Part shown: piece after piece, positions 1 through 11,876 of the stretch | Layout of the letters: each line of letters begins with the position of its first letter | Numbering within the stretch: the stretch's first letter is position 1 | NCBI RefSeq assembly: GCF_001447785.1 | Contig: NW_015171578.1 | Location: 187,715 to 251,714, forward strand | Source: Gekko japonicus | Taxonomy: Eukaryota | Direction of reading: 5' to 3' | Length of the DNA: 64,000 bases | Program-made: the position numbers and the translations under genes | Notes under the pieces: generated by a model | What the model was told of the DNA's origin: nothing | Databases searched by the model: none | What the model saw: only the letters and a program-made list of their open reading frames with translations

Positions 1-1260
1 AGCCTTGGACTCTGACTGCCCGGTTTCGTTTTAAACTTTCTCTGCTGGGCTGCCATCTTTCCCATTTTGTTTACAGTTTCTACCGCTCCCACAAAACTTG
101 GAAAACTCGCCAAGTACCTTCAACGATTCAGATAAGTCTTTCAAAACACTTTCGGTTTACTTCCNNNNNNNNNNNNNNNNNNNNNNNNNNNNNNNNNNNN
201 NNNNNNNNNNNNNNNNNNNNNNNNNNNNNNNNNNNNNNNNNNNNNNNNNNNNNNNNNNNNNNNNNNNNNNNNNNNNNNNNNNNNNNNNNNNNNNNNNNNN
301 NNNNNNNNNNNNNNNNNNNNNNNNNNNNNNNNNNNNNNNNNNNNNNNNNNNNNNNNNNNNNNNNNNNNNNNNNNNNNNNNNNNNNNNNNNNNNNNNNNNN
401 NNNNNNNNNNNNNNNNNNNNNNNNNNNNNNNNNNNNNNNNNNNNNNNNNNNNNNNNNNNNNNNNNNNNNNNNNNNNNNNNNNNNNNNNNNNNNNNNNNNN
501 NNNNNNNNNNNNNNNNNNNNNNNNNNNNNNNNNNNNNNNNNNNNNNNNNNNNNNNNNNNNNNNNNNNNNNNNNNNNNNNNNNNNNNNNNNNNNNNNNNNN
601 NNNNNNNNNNNNNNNNNNNNNNNNNNNNNNNNNNNNNNNNNNNNNNNNNNNNNNNNNNNNNNNNNNNNNNNNNNNNNNNNNNNNNNNNNNNNNNNNNNNN
701 NNNNNNNNNNNNNNNNNNNNNNNNNNNNNNNNNNNNNNNNNNNNNNNNNNNNNNNNNNNNNNNNNNNNNNNNNNNNNNNNNNNNNNNNNNNNNNNNNNNN
801 NNNNNNNNNNNNNNNNNNNNNNNNNNNNNNNNNNNNNNNNNNNNNNNNNNNNNNNNNNNNNNNNNNNNNNNNNNNNNNNNNNNNNNNNNNNNNNNNNNNN
901 NNNNNNNNNNNNNNNNNNNNNNNNNNNNNNNNNNNNNNNNNNNNNNNNNNTTGCCGCGGCTCCGGAAGCAGCTTCATGTATCCCAGCAGCCCTTGCGAGT
1001 CGCCGAATGACGAAATCTCACAGCTGCGCTTTGGGTCCCCGGGCCCACTTGAGCGAGCAGCGAGGGGAGGGAGCGAAAGTTTTTCCTCGTTGGGAAAAAG
1101 CGCACTTGTGGAGGGGGGAGCAGGCGAGGGCGGAGAGAACTTCTCGTGGAGGCGGCGGGGGCGGGCCGCCGGGGCTCGGCCCCAAAACTCGGCCAGGCTG
1201 CCGTTCCCCAGGGAAGGACGTAGCGGGGGGGACGACGGAGGCCCTTTCCTTTCCCCCCCT

Positions 1261-1494
1261 CCGAGCGGGACCGCGTGTGTGTCTGTGCGGACATGGCTTT
1301 CTTTCCCCCTCCCCTCTCGCGAAGGCGGCCCCTCCAACTAGCTCAGGTCCCCTCCAGAAATCTACACAGGGCGGCCCCTCCGAGCGGGACCGCGTGTGTG
1401 TCTGTGCGGACATGGCTTTCTTTCCCCCTCCCCTCTCGCGAAGGCGGCCCCTCCGACTAGCTCAGGTCCCCTCCAGAAATCTACACAGGGCGGC
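1261..1494 (+). repeat. Tandem duplication, ~119-bp unit x2
   Basis: CCGAGCGGGACCGCGTGTGTGTC... starts at 1261 and again at 1380, near-identical. Confidence 0.9.
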
Positions 1495-1615
1495 GCGGGC
1501 TGCCCCCGCAGAGCTACAGACGGTGCGTACCAGCCCCGGGGACCATGCGTGAGCAGGCCGCTTTCGCTCAGGGCCTGCCCCCCCCGTGACGCCGGCGAGG
1601 GGAGAAGGCGGGCGG

Positions 1616-1725
1616 CTCCTGAGGGCACCTGGTATTTTTGGCCACTGTGTGACACAGAGTGTTGGACTGGAGGGGCCACTGGCCTGATCCAGCATTGGCT
1701 TCTCTTATGTTCTTATGTTCTTATG
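1616..1725 (+). mobile_element. CR1 LINE 3' end fragment
   Basis: Matches the 3' end of the CR1 at 34550-34645; (TTATGTTC)n tail. Confidence 0.8.
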
Positions 1726-2719
1726 GGATGTCTGCGCGCCGCTCTGCCTCCGCCCCGCCTCCTCTCAGTGAGCTTTACGGGATGTAATGCTTTTAGTCCG
1801 ATAGGAGGCGGGGCGGAGCGGCGCGCAGACATCCCAAAGCGCAGCTGCGAGATTTCGTCATTCGGCGACTAGCATTAAGGTAAGAAACAATATATGCAGT
1901 GTTATATTTGTTTTAAATGTCGCAATGGTTTTACGGCTCCCGTTTTTTTTCCCCGTCGGAAACGGGTCCAAGTGGCTCTTTATGTCTTAAAGGTTGCAGA
2001 CCCCTGGTATGTGGCAACCACAGCAACAGACTTGGGTTACTCACAGCAAAATGAAGTACTCCTTCACTCAAGGAGTCATGCAATTGTGATTGAAAGATTC
2101 ACAGAGCCTAGTTCCATCAGTGGCTACTAGCTGAGATCATTAAAAGAAATCTCCATGACCAGCAGCAGTCAACCTAGGAAGCAATTTGTTGGACTCCAGG
2201 GCAATTTATTGGCTACCATATGAAACAGAATGCTAGACTAGGTGGGCGAATTGTCTGATCCAGGAAAGCAATTTTTATATTCTTATTCAAGAGGATGACA
2301 GACTGGCAACTGTGCTGAGCAGTTTCTCGGGAGTGATGCGAGCTGAGGGATAAATCTGTTGCACAGCCTCAAGATTGGTCTTGTCTACTCTGACTGGCAG
2401 AGGGTGTCAGGCAGAGGACTTTCACATCATCTGATCTTTTAAATGGGATAGAGTTAGAACCCAGGGCCTTCTGCATGCAAGGCAGGTTTTGTATGGCAGC
2501 CCTTTAAATCAGCAGGTGCCTTATACTGAATTAGACCCTTGTTCCATCAAGGTCAAGCTTGCCTTCCTGCTTGCCTTGCTTGGCAAAAGCTCTTCAGGGT
2601 CATAGATGGAATTTTGCACATCATTTACAGCCGGATTCTTCAATGGAGATGCGGGGACTGAACCGGAGATCTTCTGCATACAAAACAAATGCCCGCTACC
2701 ACTGAGTCACAACCCCCAT

Positions 2720-3450
2720 CCCGTCGGCGACAGTGCCCAGTGAATGCCGCACCTCCTCAGCGCACAGGCGGCTGTAAGCTGCCTCCAGGTCGGACAGGTC
2801 GGTGAGAGCGCGGATCTCCTCCATGGACAGCGCTGAGGCGGAGCCGCCGCTCGAGGGAGCCATCGGTGTCGTCGCTGACGCCGCCATCTTAGCATATCGC
2901 ATCCGGGTATTTGGAAGGGGTGCCCCGAGCGGAGCCTTGGGCTAGCCGAGAAGGCGACGTCGCGCGTTTTATGCCTAGGTGAAAGAGAGGCATTTCCTAG
3001 AGCCGCACTGGAGTGAAGGAGTGAGACTGGCGAGGAACCACTTTTGAGCGTGGGTGACGTGGACGTACAGGCACCACGGAGGGCAGCCTGCGTCGCGCGC
3101 GCGCTGAGTGTGTAGAAGGACCCGGAGCTGGCTGAGGCGATGGCGGAGTCTGAGCGCGGGCGCTGGAGGCAGTGAAGGCGCGGGAAAGAGGATCCGCCGT
3201 CATCCGTGCCGTGCTTGTGGGTCACACACACTGCGGCCAAGGCGCCCGGCACCGTCGAAGGGGGCAGGAAAGCTTGCGGCTCGGCGTTTACAGATAAACC
3301 CGCGCTGGCGGCCGTTGCCGAGCGACGCCGGAGCGGAAATAAGTGAGGCCTAGCAGGCCCACGTGGGGCCTTTGCCTCTGTAGGGGGAAAGGTTTGTATG
3401 GCTTGGATCGCGGCCCGATCACTTCGCTCGGAAGGAATCTTCTCGTAGTT
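2720..3450. promoter_or_regulatory. CpG island / bidirectional COG4-SF3B3 promoter with probable non-coding SF3B3 exon 1
   Basis: High GC and CpG; YY1-like GATGGCGG on both strands (2881-2890 minus, 3139-3146 plus); candidate donor AA|GTGAGG at 3342/3343. Confidence 0.75.
2753..2887 (-). CDS. COG4: COG4 coding exon 1 (conserved oligomeric Golgi subunit 4)
   Basis: MAASATT...IRALTDLSDLEAAYSRLCAEE resembles human [21 protein letters not shown]; 135 nt, phase-0 GT donor at 2752; head-to-head with SF3B3 as in human. Confidence 0.9.
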
Positions 3451-4344
3451 CGGGGGGGGACTTCTCCTCAAACCCACTTGCATGCCTATAAATAGCCCTA
3501 GGTAGTTAAGAGATCTCCAGCTGAGGTCTGAAGTTTTCTTGGAATTACAATGGCTCTCAAGACCGCAGAGAGCTACAGCTTTGGAGGGCGGCCTGAAAGG
3601 TGTATCATAGATTTTAGGTCAAATCTCTCCCCAGATTCCTCCGGCGCACGTTCGATCTCCAAATCTTCAATTCCAACCTTGCTGCGTTTTGTTTTACTGA
3701 GAAACTTTGCAGTTAAGAATCAGATATTGTTAACATTCAAAAGTTGTCATATAATCTGTTTATCGCTGGACTGAGGGGTTCTGTCGTACTTGTAATCTGC
3801 CTCGAGACGCAGTGAGAAATACGGAGTATAAATACAAATGAACAAAAATAAATCTTGAGTTGGGAGATAAAGTTAATAAAAACTAATGTTAGCAAAATTT
3901 ACAAGTTTTTTTTAGTTTGTTTCTATTTTAAAATCAGAAATAGGACTTTGATCCCATTTTTCTGATCTTTGATCTTATGAAGCGTTTTGGAGTCCTGCTC
4001 AACTCTTTCAGGGAACCTTTGTTTCCTACTGTTTTGTAACTTATGACTTTGCGTTAACACACCGTTAGTTAAACATGAAACTGGTAAAGTTGCTTTATTA
4101 GCTGTTTTCAGGAAGCAATCATTTTCATTTTTAAAAGTGGTTATCTTTGCAAGACTGTGCGGGGGGGGGAGTACATTGTTTTGGCTTGGGAAGGTTTGTG
4201 TGAACCAAATACTCAAAATGCTTTCGAGCTTATGAGCATTATTCACGAGTACTTTTCACATAAAATCCAAGTATCTGGAACTGTTTGATGTTTTTGTTCT
4301 GCCAGGTGGACAGAGGTCAGGTGAAGCCATAATCTGTTGCCACA

Positions 4345-4414
4345 ATGTTTCTTTACAACATAACTCTGCAGCGAGCGACTGGTATCAGCTATGCTATCCA
4401 TGGCAACTTTTCAG
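4345..4414 (+). CDS. SF3B3: SF3B3 exon 2 (start codon; MFLYNITLQRATGISYAIHGNFS)
   Basis: Recognised SF3B3 N-terminus; acceptor AG at 4304-4305; GT donor. Confidence 0.97.
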
Positions 4415-4612
4415 GTATGGAGTTTAACGTTACAGTGTTTGTTTTTTTCTAAATCTATATACTCTTGTTTCTCTTTAGAGTAGTAGTGATGTTGGAAGAA
4501 GGGATCAGGATCAGGATGTGAAAGGGATCAGGAAGTGGATGCTGGGGAACACATTGGTGCGCACCATGTGGGGAATGGTTGGTTTAGGGAGTAGGAGATT
4601 GAGAGTCTATAT

Positions 4613-4927
4613 CAGTGGTGGTGAACCTTTGGCACGCGTGCCAGAGGCGGCACTCAGAGCCCTCTCAGTGGGCATGCGTGCCATCGCTCCAGCCAGGCCC
4701 AGACCGTCATTAAAGTGTGGAATTCTCTGCCAAATAATTTTAAGTAAATGAAAGCATTTGGGATTGCTTTCCTTTGTTTGGATCATCTTATGTTAACGTA
4801 TGAGTTGTTTTTTCTAAACTAAGACCTCAGTATTCGGGTTAAATTGCTGTGTTGGCAGTTTGCGATAAATAAGTGGGTTTTGGGTTGCGGTTTGGGCACT
4901 CGGTCTCTAAAAGGTTCACCATCACTG
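4613..4927. mobile_element. hAT MITE
   Basis: TIR CAGTGGTGGTGAACCTTT / AAAGGTTCACCATCACTG; perfect 8-bp TSD GTCTATAT. Confidence 0.9.
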
Positions 4928-5112
4928 GTCTATATGATGCTTTGGGATGCAGGAGCAAATGCTCTTCCAATGGTATGCAGTTGTCCAGTGGGCCACCAAC
5001 AGTATGTCTAAGTTTGACATCCTGATTTCTGGTCCACTCGGTCTTGCCTTCTTATTAGAGAACAGTTGCTCTTGCATTCTCTCTTCTGTTCCTTATGGTG
5101 ATGAAAACCAAT

Positions 5113-5372
5113 CTGAGAGCCAGTTTGGATTAGTGGTTAAGAATGGTGGACTCTAATCTGGAGAACCAGGTTTGATTCCCCATTCCTTCACATGCAGCCA
5201 GCTGGGGTGACCTTGGGTCATTCACAGTTCTCTCAGAGATGTTCTCTCAAGAACCATTCTTTCAGAGCTCTTCAGAGCAAAGGGTGTCTATTGTGGGGAG
5301 AGGAAGGGAAGAAGATTGTAAGCTGCTCTGAGACTCCGAGTGAAGGGCAGGATGTAAATCCTATTCTTCTTC
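5113..5372 (+). mobile_element. Squam3-like tRNA-derived SINE
   Basis: GAGAGCCAG..TAGTGGTTAAG..GGTTTGATTCCCC A/B-box head; (CTT)n tail; several copies in window. Confidence 0.8.
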
Positions 5373-5516
5373 AATCTGTTGGGTACTTTGGAACTTGACT
5401 GAAGAGCGGTGTGTACAGTGAGGTCTTTAGATGTCAAGAATTGATGCCTTGTAATGCTCCTTTCTTGTGGCATCCTTCTGTGTCTTGGTTACTAATCAGC
5501 TCTTTATTTTGCATAG

Positions 5517-5843
5517 GTACCAAACAGCAAGAGATTGTTGTTTCCCGAGGGAAGATCTTAGAATTGCTGCGTCCTGATCCAAACACTGGAAAGGTTCATA
5601 CTTTGCTGACGGTTGAAGTGTTTGGAATCATCCGCTCCCTTATGGCCTTCAGGTTAACTGGAGGAACAAAAGACTATATTGTGGTGGGCAGTGACTCAGG
5701 GCGCATTGTTATCCTGGAGTACCAACCATCTAAAAATATATTTGAGAAGATTCACCAGGAAACGTTTGGCAAGAGTGGCTGTCGCAGAATTGTCCCTGGC
5801 CAGTACTTGGCTGTGGATCCTAAGGGACGAGCTGTCATGATCA
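5517..5843 (+). CDS. SF3B3: SF3B3 exon 3
   Basis: [20 protein letters not shown]...KGRAVMI; AG/GT; 327 nt. Confidence 0.97.
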
Positions 5844-6272
5844 GTAAGTAGGCACAAAGTGAATGAGTGGAAGTCTGAAAATATTGTTAAGTTGCTGAAT
5901 GGAAGATTGCCGAGATATTTTACTCATATTGCACTGGGGGTACATGTGCCTGGGAAGAGTGAGTGGCTTTTCTGAGCCCAATTAATGTGTTTGTGGCTCA
6001 GGTGATGTATTTACCAGTGATTTCCTGACTTTTGCAGTTAGCCACTACACAACACCAGCCAATGTGAGGAAGAACTTTGAAGCCAGTCATAACTCAGAAT
6101 ACTTCCTTGTTCTTTTATGGTGCTTATTTCTGCAATGGTAGTCTAGCTGAGATTGTGTAAACTGAACCAGTAACAGAGGTAGATCCATTTGCTCTTTAAA
6201 AAAAGTATACAAGCACAGCTTTGGTTTCAATTAGATGGAGGATAGTCGAGTTCCATCCATCAGTTTTCTTTG

Positions 6273-6350
6273 GCCTGAAATGATGATTAGGTATTCATGT
6301 CTCTTCTCTGAAATATGCCTTGAGGACATTGAATCCATTTCTGATCAGGT
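6273..6350 (+). ncRNA. SNORD111B: C/D box snoRNA, SNORD111 family (intron 3)
   Basis: C box ATGATGA 6280-6286; guide TCATGTCTCTTC (antisense to 28S GAAGAGACATGA) before D' CTGA 6308-6311; D box CTGA 6341-6344; terminal stem CCTGA/TCAGG; SF3B3 is the known host. Paralogue suffix inferred from position. Confidence 0.88.
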
Positions 6351-6777
6351 TCTCATTATAAGTAAAGGTTTTTCATTTGCACACAGCTGCCCAAAAGAAG
6401 ATAGTTAGCAGAAGTGCACTAGTTAGGTGGAAGGTGAGAAGTGAATGTGTGGGAGTGTGTCATTAACATTATTAATAAAGCTGACTTGTGACAACTGTCT
6501 CTAGTTTAGGTTTGTAATTTGCGTCTGATGAAAGAAAATAAATACAAAAGTGATAAAGGGATGTATACACGGCCAACAGAACACTGCTGTTCATTTACAA
6601 AGGGTTGCAGTTCTGATGGCTGCATGTATGGCTCTCATGTAGTGCTCTGTCATTTGGCAAGGGGCAGTGGGCCTTTCTGGTTGCTTCTCTTATAGCCACT
6701 AGCATAGCTAGTTCACTACAGTGGTGCATACTTAATTCCTGTCATGGAAGGTAATGCTTTCTTTCTTTTGTCTGTAG

Positions 6778-6950
6778 GTGCCATTGAGAAACAGAAATTG
6801 GTGTATATTCTGAACAGAGATGCTGCCGCTCGACTCACCATTTCTTCCCCATTAGAAGCCCATAAGGCCAACACCTTAGTTTACCATGTAGTAGGAGTAG
6901 ATGTTGGGTTTGAAAATCCCATGTTTGCTTGTCTGGAAATGGATTACGAG
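6778..6950 (+). CDS. SF3B3: SF3B3 exon 4
   Basis: AIEKQKLVYILNRD...CLEMDYE; AG/GT. Confidence 0.97.
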
Positions 6951-8449
6951 GTACTAAGACAAAGTTCTCTCAGTTAGCATTACTCTAGCTATACGTTTGT
7001 CTGTTTCTATTTTGTCTTGTCTCACTTGCAACTATTATTTAGAGAAACTTTGTTCTGACTTAGCACATTAACTGTTGAAGATTTTCATTGTTATGTTAAT
7101 CACACCTTTTTTGTCTGTTAGTTGGCATTGATGGCTCCTTAATGAAGTAAAAATAGGTATTGGTAAACTTGGCGTGCGTGAGTTTCAGATGTTTGACCTA
7201 ATGATAAAATGACCCTTTTATTAAGGGAGTGTACAGCTTGAGTTTGCAGTAGCAGCTTTACTTTGGGGCTTGGGGGTAAGTCTTGGTGAAGAGAGATGCA
7301 CTGTGGAGTAAGTTACTAAAGTGTTTGACTGGAGAGACTGTTGTTCCAGTCCCCCTTCTGCTGTAACGGTCACTGGATGTACTTTGGCTGGGTGCTCCCT
7401 GTCAGCCTAACTTACCACATGGGATTGTTGTGAGAATTAAATGCTGGCATGGAAAACTGTGTACGTTTTTCTGAGCTTGTAGGTAGGGCAGGATAAAAAC
7501 AAAATTGATAGTCACATGCCAGCCTTTTGTGAACTTTGAGATCGAGAGATTTTCCTTGGGGTGTTTGTCAACATAATACTCATTTACATTATGTGACCAA
7601 ACATCTGCGGGGCAGAGAATCATCTCATCTGTGAGTTCTTAACATGTGCATATATTTCCAGCAACATTTAGAAAGATTAAGAATTCAGTAGGGAATCTGC
7701 ATAAGGCCTTTTGGATGAGGAGGAAAGAAGGGTGTGTGGGCTGTATATAACTTACAAAGTTGAGAGTGGAGGGTTCCCTAGCTGCTGACTTCTAGATGAA
7801 GCTGGATAGGGAGGGAAGAATCAGACTGTGTACCCAAAAGTAGAGCCTTGGTACCCCGCTGAGTGTGGTAGCAATAGTTGCCAGGAAGTTTAATCCAACT
7901 TTCTAAATGAGTATTTGGGGAAGAGTTCCCCTCTGATCTCCTACCCCATACTCTGTCATTGCGGCTGCATTTTTTTCTTGACCAGAAAAACATCAAGTGA
8001 CAGCTGAGAAAACAGCAGAGCTCTGAAGCTGTTGCATGTATCCTGGGAGAGAACATTCCCTTAATGCTTTTGAGGGTCTTAGCAGAAGCTCAGTGCAGTG
8101 CTGTGGGAGCTGCCAATCTTGGCCAAGAATGGCATAAACAGGTAGGCGGCTTTGGGAATTACAGGAACATAGTGGTGTTTGTATGGAGGCAGCTGCTGCT
8201 TGCATCAGGTGATGGGGTGAGTCTTAAATTGGAGGAGCTCAGTTATTCAGGCTTTGAATTGCTGGTATCCTGGCAGAGATTTTCATGGACATTGTGCTGA
8301 TTGGTACTTTTCTAAACCTCTGTTATATGTTACTGTTTGTATGTTACAGGAACACTCTTTTAGGTTTGTGTAGATTTCAAGTGTTCTCTCTTACAGTCAA
8401 AGTGTGAAATTTATTCCTAGCTGATTTTTTTTTTAAATTTCCCCACCAG

Positions 8450-8591
8450 GAAGCTGACAATGATCCCACAGGAGAAGCAGCAGCCAATACTCAGCAGACA
8501 TTGACATTTTATGAGCTAGATCTGGGTTTGAATCACGTTGTCAGGAAGTACAGTGAACCCTTGGAGGAACACGGCAACTTCCTTATAACAG
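8450..8591 (+). CDS. SF3B3: SF3B3 exon 5
   Basis: EADNDPTGEAAANTQQ...HGNFLIT; AG/GT. Confidence 0.97.
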
Positions 8592-9112
8592 GTACCACCA
8601 TATCCAAGGAAAAAGGCAGCAGACCTGTTCTCAGGGAAATGCTCCAGATAATTTCATTTTCTGATCATACTTGATTTGATACAGGAGTAGAGATGTAAAA
8701 TTTCTGGAAATGTTTGGAATGGGAGCGGGGGTTGTTTCTGGAAAAAAGGGACATTTTGGGGGAAATTGAAATAATGTGCAAAAATATTTAATAAGATTAT
8801 TCTGAGCTCCCTGAAATTTCTCCAGTTTTTCATCTGGTGATGAACAGAACCTTCCCAGTCTGGGGAATCAGTGAAGTTTGGAAGGAGTGGAATGAGTCTG
8901 GGTTACCAGCAATATAAATTAATGCTGCTGAAGAAAAATTTAGTTTTATTGGTTAAATCCCCATTCATTTAACACCCCACCTGAATATTAGCTTGTACAA
9001 GTATTAAAGAAGGAAGCAAACGTTTCCTCTTAATTCTTACAAATTAACACATTTTGTGAGTGATCCATAGGACCTTTCAGTCAATTTCTTATACAATGTT
9101 AATGTTTTTTAG

Positions 9113-9225
9113 TCCCTGGAGGCTCTGATGGTCCCAGCGGGGTGCTGATTTGTTCAGAAAACTACATCACCTACAAAAATTTTGGTGACCAACCAGATAT
9201 TCGATGTCCTATTCCCAGGAGAAGG
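9113..9225 (+). CDS. SF3B3: SF3B3 exon 6
   Basis: [17 protein letters not shown]...CPIPRRR; AG/GT. Confidence 0.97.
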
Positions 9226-9833
9226 GTAAGAATCCTTCGGCATCTCAGATACTCTCTAGGCAGCAGGAAAAAAGAGCATGGGGAATTTGTTTCGGGGGAA
9301 TGCATTATGGCTCATGGATATGGGGATAGAAAAATGCAGCATTCCTAAAATAGCAGAAGGGTGCATTTAGTCTCTGCCACTGTATAGACTTTGGAATCCT
9401 TGAGTGAAGCAAATTGTCTTACCCTTCTTTCCCTTACTCTTCCAGTGAGTGAGTTAACTTGAAGTATGGAAAGGCCACAGTGACCTCCTATGATGGTTAC
9501 GCTCTTAATAAGAAACTTCTTAGAATTTTAAACTGTAACGAAAACTGTATTAAACTCCGATTTGCTGGTATATTGGCCAGTTGAGAAGGAAAATCTTAAT
9601 ATTTTATTCAAATATGCACAGCCTGTTTTCCTCAAAATGGCTTGTATAACATCTCACAACTTAGCTCACCCTTAATAATAAAAGGGTTTGGGCAGGTCTC
9701 AGTCCTTTCCCCAGGCAGAGATTCTTGAAGGGCCATGGGCAAAGGGGAGGGCAGGGCTGAGCAGCTGATCTGGGTGAGCCCTAGCTGGAACCCCTATTCT
9801 CTTCCTGGGAAGCAGCCACATCTGAATTCTAAG

Positions 9834-10402
9834 CGGCCCTCCATGATCTTGGAAAGGAGATATAAGAAGATTACATACTCAGAGAGGATTTGCCCTTGCC
9901 CCCTAGCCGAGGTAGAGACAGTGGGACATGTTTTTTTCTATTGCCCCCTCTATAAACAAATTTGAGATAAGACAATTTTTCCTCTTGTAGACAGTCCTGT
10001 GGTAGGGGAAGACAAGACTTGTTTACATAAGTTATTAACAGATGAAATTTCAGTTATCACTAAGCTAACTGCTAGATTTTGCACTCAGGCAATTAAAGTG
10101 CACAGTAAATTTCAGTCCTGCCCCTTCGAGCCTTGACTTAGTTTCCTTCAGGAGGTCTATTACACAGCTTTTGTTCCTTTTAAATCTATTGGTTTAAAAT
10201 TTTTAAATGGTCATTTATGATGCTATGTATTTTATAATCTATTTTTCTCTTTTTAATACAATATAAATTTATTGTTTTGTAAAATTTTCTATTTCTGTTT
10301 TTTAACTGGAGTTTTTATCTTGTATATTTGAATACCTGAATAATGTTTGTTTTTGTTAACTGGATCTGGTCGTGGACCATAATATAATAATAAAATTGAA
10401 TT
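9834..10402 (+). mobile_element. 5'-truncated non-LTR retrotransposon 3' end (C-terminal Cys/His motif; RTE-X/L2-like)
   Basis: ERICPCPLAEVETVGHVFFYCPLY, AT-rich 3'UTR, AATAAA; flanking GA(A/G)TTCTAAGC TSD-like repeat. Confidence 0.6.
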
Positions 10403-10517
10403 GAGTTCTAAGCAGAAAGTCGTATTGAGTGCAGAGCTGAGAAGCTGGTCTCAGCTTACTTAAGGATGGAAAAGCTGCTCCTGTTTGCAGCACAGCTGAG
10501 TCTGCAACTTTGGAATG

Positions 10518-10587
10518 GCATGATATGATGAGATTATGTCTCTTCTCTGAAGTTTGTCATGGAGACGACATTCTCTTCTGATCAGTC
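10518..10587 (+). ncRNA. SNORD111: C/D box snoRNA, SNORD111 family (intron 6)
   Basis: C box ATGATGA 10525-10531; guide ATGTCTCTTC + D' CTGA 10547-10550; D box CTGA 10578-10581. Confidence 0.82.
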
Positions 10588-11082
10588 TGCTTCAAGACAG
10601 TTGCATTGGAAGTGAAAGTTTGAATATTGTTACTGAAGGCTTGTGGGAGTCTCGCAGAAGATAGGAAGGTGGCTTGATAGGGTTGGAGAGTAGGGTTGAA
10701 GAAGGTGCAGAAATTAGGGTAAGAGAACTAAAAAGGGGTGAGGCAGCAGAAGATGAGCTTTTGTAGAACAAAGAGAGTGAGGAAGAGAGCTGTGATGGGA
10801 GAAGAGTGCGGTTATATCTGCAATGGAGACTTTTTATAAAGTAAGAGGACTAGATGCTCGATCTTGATGGGGAGGCTGTACAGAACTAGTACAAAATTAA
10901 AACATATGTGGTGGGAGAAAGATGAGGTTGCCAGAGGAGTCTTGCATCTAATAGAAAGGTGAAGCCAGCAAAGAGGTATAGATAGATTTTTGGAAATGTC
11001 CAAGTTACTTGCTTGATTGGATGTAGGAGAATAAGAATAATGGGGTCAGGAAGCAATCCTGGAGTTTTTTTGTCATCTTCTG

Positions 11083-11197
11083 GGCGTGGAACAGTGGTTA
11101 CTGCGGGTGTGGAGGGGGAGGTATTTGTGATTTTCCTGCCTTGTGCAGGGGGTTGGACTAGATGACCTTGGAGGTCCCCTCCAATTCTATGATTCTA
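11083..11197 (+). mobile_element. CR1 LINE 3' end fragment within degenerate L2-like sequence
   Basis: GGGGTTGGACTAGATGACCTTGGAGGTCCC..ATTCTATGATTCT, typical CR1 terminus. Confidence 0.75.
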
Positions 11198-11525
11198 AGA
11201 AAGAAAGAGGACCTCAAAGATGAGTGGGTGGCAGAGTGTTCAATGCCAGAGAAGTGTGTGATGGGAAAGTTTGGTAGAAAAATGAGATATGAGTAAAGTC
11301 ATCTTGGAGAAATTGTTTGGAGACTGCAGGAAGGGGCTGGATTCTGCTAGGAAGAAGGATAGTGGATGGTAGAGGATGCAGGTGTTTGGGACTTTGGAAG
11401 GTAGGAATAATTCATCCAGAATGGATGCAGAAGCGTTGGCGGGGCAGTGGCTAGCAGCTTGGAGCAGTGATCCAGTTAGGATGCCTTTTGTTTTGGAGTG
11501 TCTGATACTATGTTCCCTGTAACAG

Positions 11526-11663
11526 AATGACTTGGATGACCCTGAGAGAGGCATGATCTTTGTCTGCTCTGCTACACACAAGACCAAGTCCATGTTCTTT
11601 TTCCTGGCTCAGACGGAGCAAGGTGATATCTTCAAAATCACGTTGGAGACTGATGAGGACATG
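11526..11663 (+). CDS. SF3B3: SF3B3 exon 7
   Basis: NDLDDPERGMIFVCSATHK...ETDEDM; AG/GT. Confidence 0.97.
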
Positions 11664-11772
11664 GTGAGTCTCAACGATTCTTTTGCTGTGGTGTGAGTGG
11701 GAGAGAATCTGGATGGCTTCACTGGGCCCATCCCATCTGATCCTCACAGTAACTCCTTTGTGGTGATTTCAG

Positions 11773-11876
11773 GTCACTGAGATTCGACTGAAGTACTTTG
11801 ACACAGTTCCTGTAGCTGCTGCCATGTGTGTGCTGAAAACCGGCTTCCTCTTTGTGGCTTCTGAGTTTGGCAACCA
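11773..11876 (+). CDS. SF3B3: SF3B3 exon 8
   Basis: VTEIRLKYFDTVP...ASEFGNH; AG/GT. Confidence 0.97.

Larger units (their letters stand above)
951..2006. mobile_element. GC-rich hAT-like non-autonomous DNA transposon (left end in N gap) with internal inverted and tandem repeats
   Basis: Ends in AAGGTTGCAGACCCCTG (hAT-type terminus); 38-bp inverted repeat 998-1035/1833-1870; 119-bp tandem duplication. Confidence 0.55.

Noticed and set aside
1-164. Possible L1 ORF1 start on the minus strand, or COG4 exon 2
   Set aside because: Does not match COG4 exon 2; too short and truncated by the gap to classify.
98-1552. Long ORFs (484 and 398 aa), and similar ORFs at 34670-35556
   Set aside because: Artefacts of translating through N gaps and GC-rich repeats.
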